Below are positions 6,125-8,698 of a DNA stretch of 8,698 nucleotides, piece by piece (positions within the stretch are counted from its first letter, which is position 1; each line of letters starts with the position of its first letter). The notes beneath the pieces are model-generated. The model was not told the origin of the DNA. It ran no database searches and saw only the letters and a list, made by a program, of their open reading frames with translations. Source of the stretch: Ruminococcus sp. (GTDB lineage: Bacteria > Bacillota > Clostridia > Oscillospirales > Ruminococcaceae); contig JAZQFV010000011.1 in assembly GCA_045539715.1 (NCBI GenBank), positions 1 to 8,698 of the forward strand, read 5' to 3'. Made by a program: the position numbers and the translations under genes.

Positions 6125-6544
6125 TCACATAGACATCTCCATTTCCTCGGTTTCTTCAAACGCAGGTTCAGCAAAGCATTCAAGGTAATCATCCACCGAC
6201 CGGGACAATGCTTTCAGCTCTGCTACTGTCGGTGTGTAACAATACCACGATACCTCGTCATTGTATTTCCAGATATGCGGCTCAATGTCATTTCCATTAA
6301 AGGATTCCATGCCCCACAGCTCATTAAATCGGATCAACTGTGAATCAATCTTCCCCTCACTGCGGTTCATCAGCGTTACCCTGAGTGCGTTGTACTTATC
6401 ACGAATCATTGTGCTTTCGAATTCCATCTTAACCACAATGCCATCATCCAGCCTGCCGATGCAGGATCTACCTACATACTTCGGATTGCGGATATATTCG
6501 CAGTATCCCACGATTTTCCGAAGCTCTCGTTCAAAATAGTTCAT
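6125..6544 (-). CDS. Acidic 139-aa hypothetical protein
   Basis: I prefer the ATG at 6544 (MNYFEREL...) with AAGGAG 8 nt upstream over the track's GTG at 6553. There is no TM helix or signal peptide. A hand count gives roughly 27 D/E against 17 K/R, and the C-terminus is very acidic (EPAFEETEEMEMSM). I do not recognise the family. Confidence 0.65.
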   Translation of the reverse strand: MNYFERELRKIVGYCEYIRNPKYVGRSCIGRLDDGIVVKMEFESTMIRDKYNALRVTLMNRSEGKIDSQLIRFNELWGMESFNGNDIEPHIWKYNDEVSWYCYTPTVAELKALSRSVDDYLECFAEPAFEETEEMEMSM

Positions 6545-6566
6545 GTGCATCACTCCTTAAATTTAG

Positions 6567-6591
6567 TATGTAAAGCCCGAAAATCGGGCTT
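6567..6591 (-). terminator. Hairpin repeat copy 2 (weak terminator-like)
   Basis: This 25-mer is identical to 6096-6120 and again starts 4 nt after a TGA stop (6596-6598). The stem can extend to AAAGCCCG/CGGGCTTT. It is followed by TTTAC on the minus strand and TTTTGG on the plus strand. Confidence 0.45.
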
Positions 6592-6595
6592 TTGG

Positions 6596-6937
6596 TCAGA
6601 TGCCTACGACGTTCCAGATATACAGCGGTGCTGTCAACGTAAACAGCAGACATCCGAAGATGATTGCAACAGGAGTCCACTCAAACTGCCCATGTTTGCG
6701 ATATTCTAAATATAAAGTACCTATCTTCACAAACAGCAGGATTACAAGTACGACATCCAGCACGGGGAACACAACGTTGTTCACGATGGACTTAATTTGC
6801 GATTTCGCGTCATTCCATGTGGACTGAATTGCTCCCGAAACATCACCGGCCGCATATGCCTGCATGGTCAGCATATTGGCGAATGCAACGGCACTTGCCA
6901 CAGCTGCAGCGATTTTCTTTTTGGTTTTACTCAGCAT
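6596..6937 (-). CDS. Small secreted two-TM membrane protein with VirB2/TrbC-pilin-like topology
   Basis: 113 aa. It has a basic N-terminus and hydrophobic core ending in an AYA|AGD signal-peptidase-like site, then a ~25-aa polar segment, TM1 (VVFPVLDVVLVILLFVKIGTL), a short basic loop (EYRKHGQFEW) and TM2 (TPVAIIFGCLLFTLTAPLYIW). The ATG at 6937 overlaps the sortase gene end by 11 nt. Confidence 0.6.
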   Translation of the reverse strand: MLSKTKKKIAAAVASAVAFANMLTMQAYAAGDVSGAIQSTWNDAKSQIKSIVNNVVFPVLDVVLVILLFVKIGTLYLEYRKHGQFEWTPVAIIFGCLLFTLTAPLYIWNVVGI

Positions 6938-7796
6938 TCATATCACCCTCCATTTCCACCAGCCTGCCTGTAAGGACAGTTCTGGCATTATCAAATTCAT
7001 AGGAACAGGTTGAAAGCAGTACAAGCCTGTCCTGTTCCGTCAGTTCCACGTTCTCATAAATTCGGGAAATCTCCTTCAAATGCGGAGTCCATTCGTCAAG
7101 GCTGCGAAAACCATTGTAGATTTCATCATGCCAATCCGTCACAGCAACAGAGAAAAAGTCCAGTCTGAACACAGAATCCGCAGTATACACCCATCCGTAG
7201 GGATGGCTGTCATAATAGCTCTTATCCTTGAATCTACACACATTTGCGAACATTGAGCCGTTCTTCATGTTATGACCGTACAGGATGTTGAAGTTATTCT
7301 GAAATCTGCTTTCACAGCGGTAATCAAGCTCAATACATCCGCATTTCAGACTGCGACCGTCCGTGCCGTGGGTAAGATAGAAATCATTGTCCTCTCCCTG
7401 CATAATCGGGTAGTTGATATTCGTGTTGGGAATATAAATCCAGCCGATGGCATCGGGATAGGTTTCCTGCAGTTCCTGTGCCTGTTCTTTCAGTTCTTCA
7501 CAGATTTCAGGTGACAGAACGTTTTCCTGCACACTTGGAACAGTTTCCGAGGTTGTGGAACTTGTTGTGCCTTCCTCAGATGTCGTTTCAGAAGTGCTTG
7601 TACCTGTAGTAGTCGTTACAGACTCTGTTGGTGCATATGCCAGAGCATCCTGCATAATTACAGATGGCATATACGGTGTCAGATCGTTCTCTGCAATCTT
7701 CTGTGCAATGTCATCTCTTGTAAGCAGATATACACCACCAAAAAGGAGGGCGGCTGCCGAAGCAACCGCCAGAATACGAATGTTTTTCTTTTTCAT
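6927..7796 (-). CDS. srtB: Class B sortase
   Basis: 289 aa with an N-terminal TM anchor (ILAVASAAALLFGGVYLL). Class B hallmarks are present: PDAIGWIYIPNTNINYPIMQGEDNDFYLTH, catalytic His in LYGHNM, catalytic Cys in LLSTCSY, and Arg in ARTVLTGRL. ATG at 7796 lies 2 nt after the upstream stop. Confidence 0.85.
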   Translation of the reverse strand: MKKKNIRILAVASAAALLFGGVYLLTRDDIAQKIAENDLTPYMPSVIMQDALAYAPTESVTTTTGTSTSETTSEEGTTSSTTSETVPSVQENVLSPEICEELKEQAQELQETYPDAIGWIYIPNTNINYPIMQGEDNDFYLTHGTDGRSLKCGCIELDYRCESRFQNNFNILYGHNMKNGSMFANVCRFKDKSYYDSHPYGWVYTADSVFRLDFFSVAVTDWHDEIYNGFRSLDEWTPHLKEISRIYENVELTEQDRLVLLSTCSYEFDNARTVLTGRLVEMEGDMNAE

Positions 7797-7798
7797 GC

Positions 7799-8698
7799 TT
7801 ATTCTTCCTCCGTTTCAATAAAGTCGGGACAGAGTGCCGCATATTCGTCAGCATTGTCCTTTTTCTTTATGCCCATGCCTGCAATGAGAAGCATTACAAG
7901 ACCTGCCGCAATCATCAGAATTCCGGGCAGTCTGCTTGTGGTATCGCCTGTGGGAATGTCGGGTGTATCAGAAACAGGTTCATCATACATCACGACAGGT
8001 GTCACAGTACCGTCTGCATTGACTGTGAAATCAATGGAGTTTGCGATCTTGTAACCGTTGGGAGCTGCTGTTTCTGTAAGTGTATAGGTCTTGCCTGCAA
8101 TGAGCTTTGCCTCGATATAGTGAGGCTTGTCTGTAGATACCCATTCCTCAATGACTTCGCCGTCTTCGTCGATAATCTGGAGTGTAGCACCTGCAAGCTC
8201 ATTGTCGTTTGTAATATCACGCTTGCTGATCTCCACCTTTGTGGTGTTATCCACCATCACGATGAGGGGATGTCCGTCCTCGGTAGTTGCTGCTGCGTCC
8301 ACATTTTCAACGATTGCAGAACCGTCTGTAAACACTTCGAAGCTGATGTCTGTTGCGATGATATATCCGTCGGGAGCTGCAACTTCCTTGAGCGTATACT
8401 TGCCCACAGGAAGCTCGGTTACCACATGGTTTGTACCGTCGGATGTCCACTCATCCACAACATTACCCTCAGAATCAATAAGCTGCATCTCTGCATCCGC
8501 AAGTTCATCGCCGTAAATATCCTGCTTGCTGATTTCTACCGTAATCGCCTCATTTTCAGCGGTGATTTCAACGGTATCGTCGTCCTCATTGATTGTTACA
8601 GGATACTGTTTATCCGAGAAAATATATCCGTCGGGAGCCTGAATCTCGCAGATCACATATTCACCGTAAGGGATTTCTGTGAACTCGAAATAGCCTGT
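7799..8698 (-). CDS. Surface protein with tandem Cna-B/SpaA (prealbumin-like) domains and a C-terminal membrane anchor; 5' end outside the window
   Basis: The frame is open from 8698 (TGYFEFTEIPYGEYVICEIQAPDGY...), so the track's GTG at 8656 is internal. At least three repeats show the pattern ...G.Y.L.E..AP.GY........F.V, each introduced by EISK(Q/R)D. The C-terminus carries DIPTGD, a hydrophobic helix (LPGILMIAAGLVMLLIAGMGI), KKK, and then a 19-aa acidic tail. Confidence 0.82.
   Translation of the reverse strand, partial: TGYFEFTEIPYGEYVICEIQAPDGYIFSDKQYPVTINEDDDTVEITAENEAITVEISKQDIYGDELADAEMQLIDSEGNVVDEWTSDGTNHVVTELPVGKYTLKEVAAPDGYIIATDISFEVFTDGSAIVENVDAAATTEDGHPLIVMVDNTTKVEISKRDITNDNELAGATLQIIDEDGEVIEEWVSTDKPHYIEAKLIAGKTYTLTETAAPNGYKIANSIDFTVNADGTVTPVVMYDEPVSDTPDIPTGDTTSRLPGILMIAAGLVMLLIAGMGIKKKDNADEYAALCPDFIETEEE

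Noticed and set aside
6096-6591. Possible CRISPR array or attC-type cassette structure suggested by the repeated 25-mer.
   Set aside because: There are only two copies, separated by a 446-nt protein-coding segment. The repeat is itself a simple GC-stem hairpin placed after stop codons. No cas or integron-integrase genes are visible. It is reported as a direct-repeat finding instead.
1-8698. Element boundaries, an integrase/relaxase, or a cognate toxin for the Imm-like gene.
   Set aside because: None is visible in this window. The ICE-versus-plasmid question and the leading or lagging position relative to oriT cannot be decided from these 8.7 kb.

Overview
All supported genes are on the minus strand and form a tightly packed conjugative-transfer (type IV secretion) module. 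It looks like an ICE or conjugative plasmid of a Firmicutes/Clostridia-type host, judging by strong GGAGG-type ribosome-binding sites, about 44% GC in a hand-counted backbone sample, and Gram-positive-style T4SS gene families. Minus-strand order, from the right edge to the left: a Cna-B/SpaA-repeat surface protein whose 5' end lies outside the window, a class B sortase, a small VirB2-pilin-like membrane protein, a 139-aa acidic protein of unknown function bracketed by two identical 25-nt hairpin repeats, a low-GC single-gene cassette encoding an Imm11/DUF1629-like orphan immunity protein, a DUF3991/Toprim primase-like protein, a small basic protein, a VirD4/TraG coupling ATPase, a small HTH protein, a small Cys/His protein, a VirB6/TrbL-like channel protein, and the first 12 codons of a further gene. 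No rRNA, tRNA, CRISPR array, integrase or element boundary is visible. The most interesting parts are the two non-transfer cargo genes at 5258-6591, three terminator-like hairpins placed directly in front of the next gene's ribosome-binding site, and the sortase/adhesin/pilin-like trio with an atypical sorting signal. All family assignments come from motifs read by eye and remembered family features. No database search was run, so they need HMM or structure confirmation.
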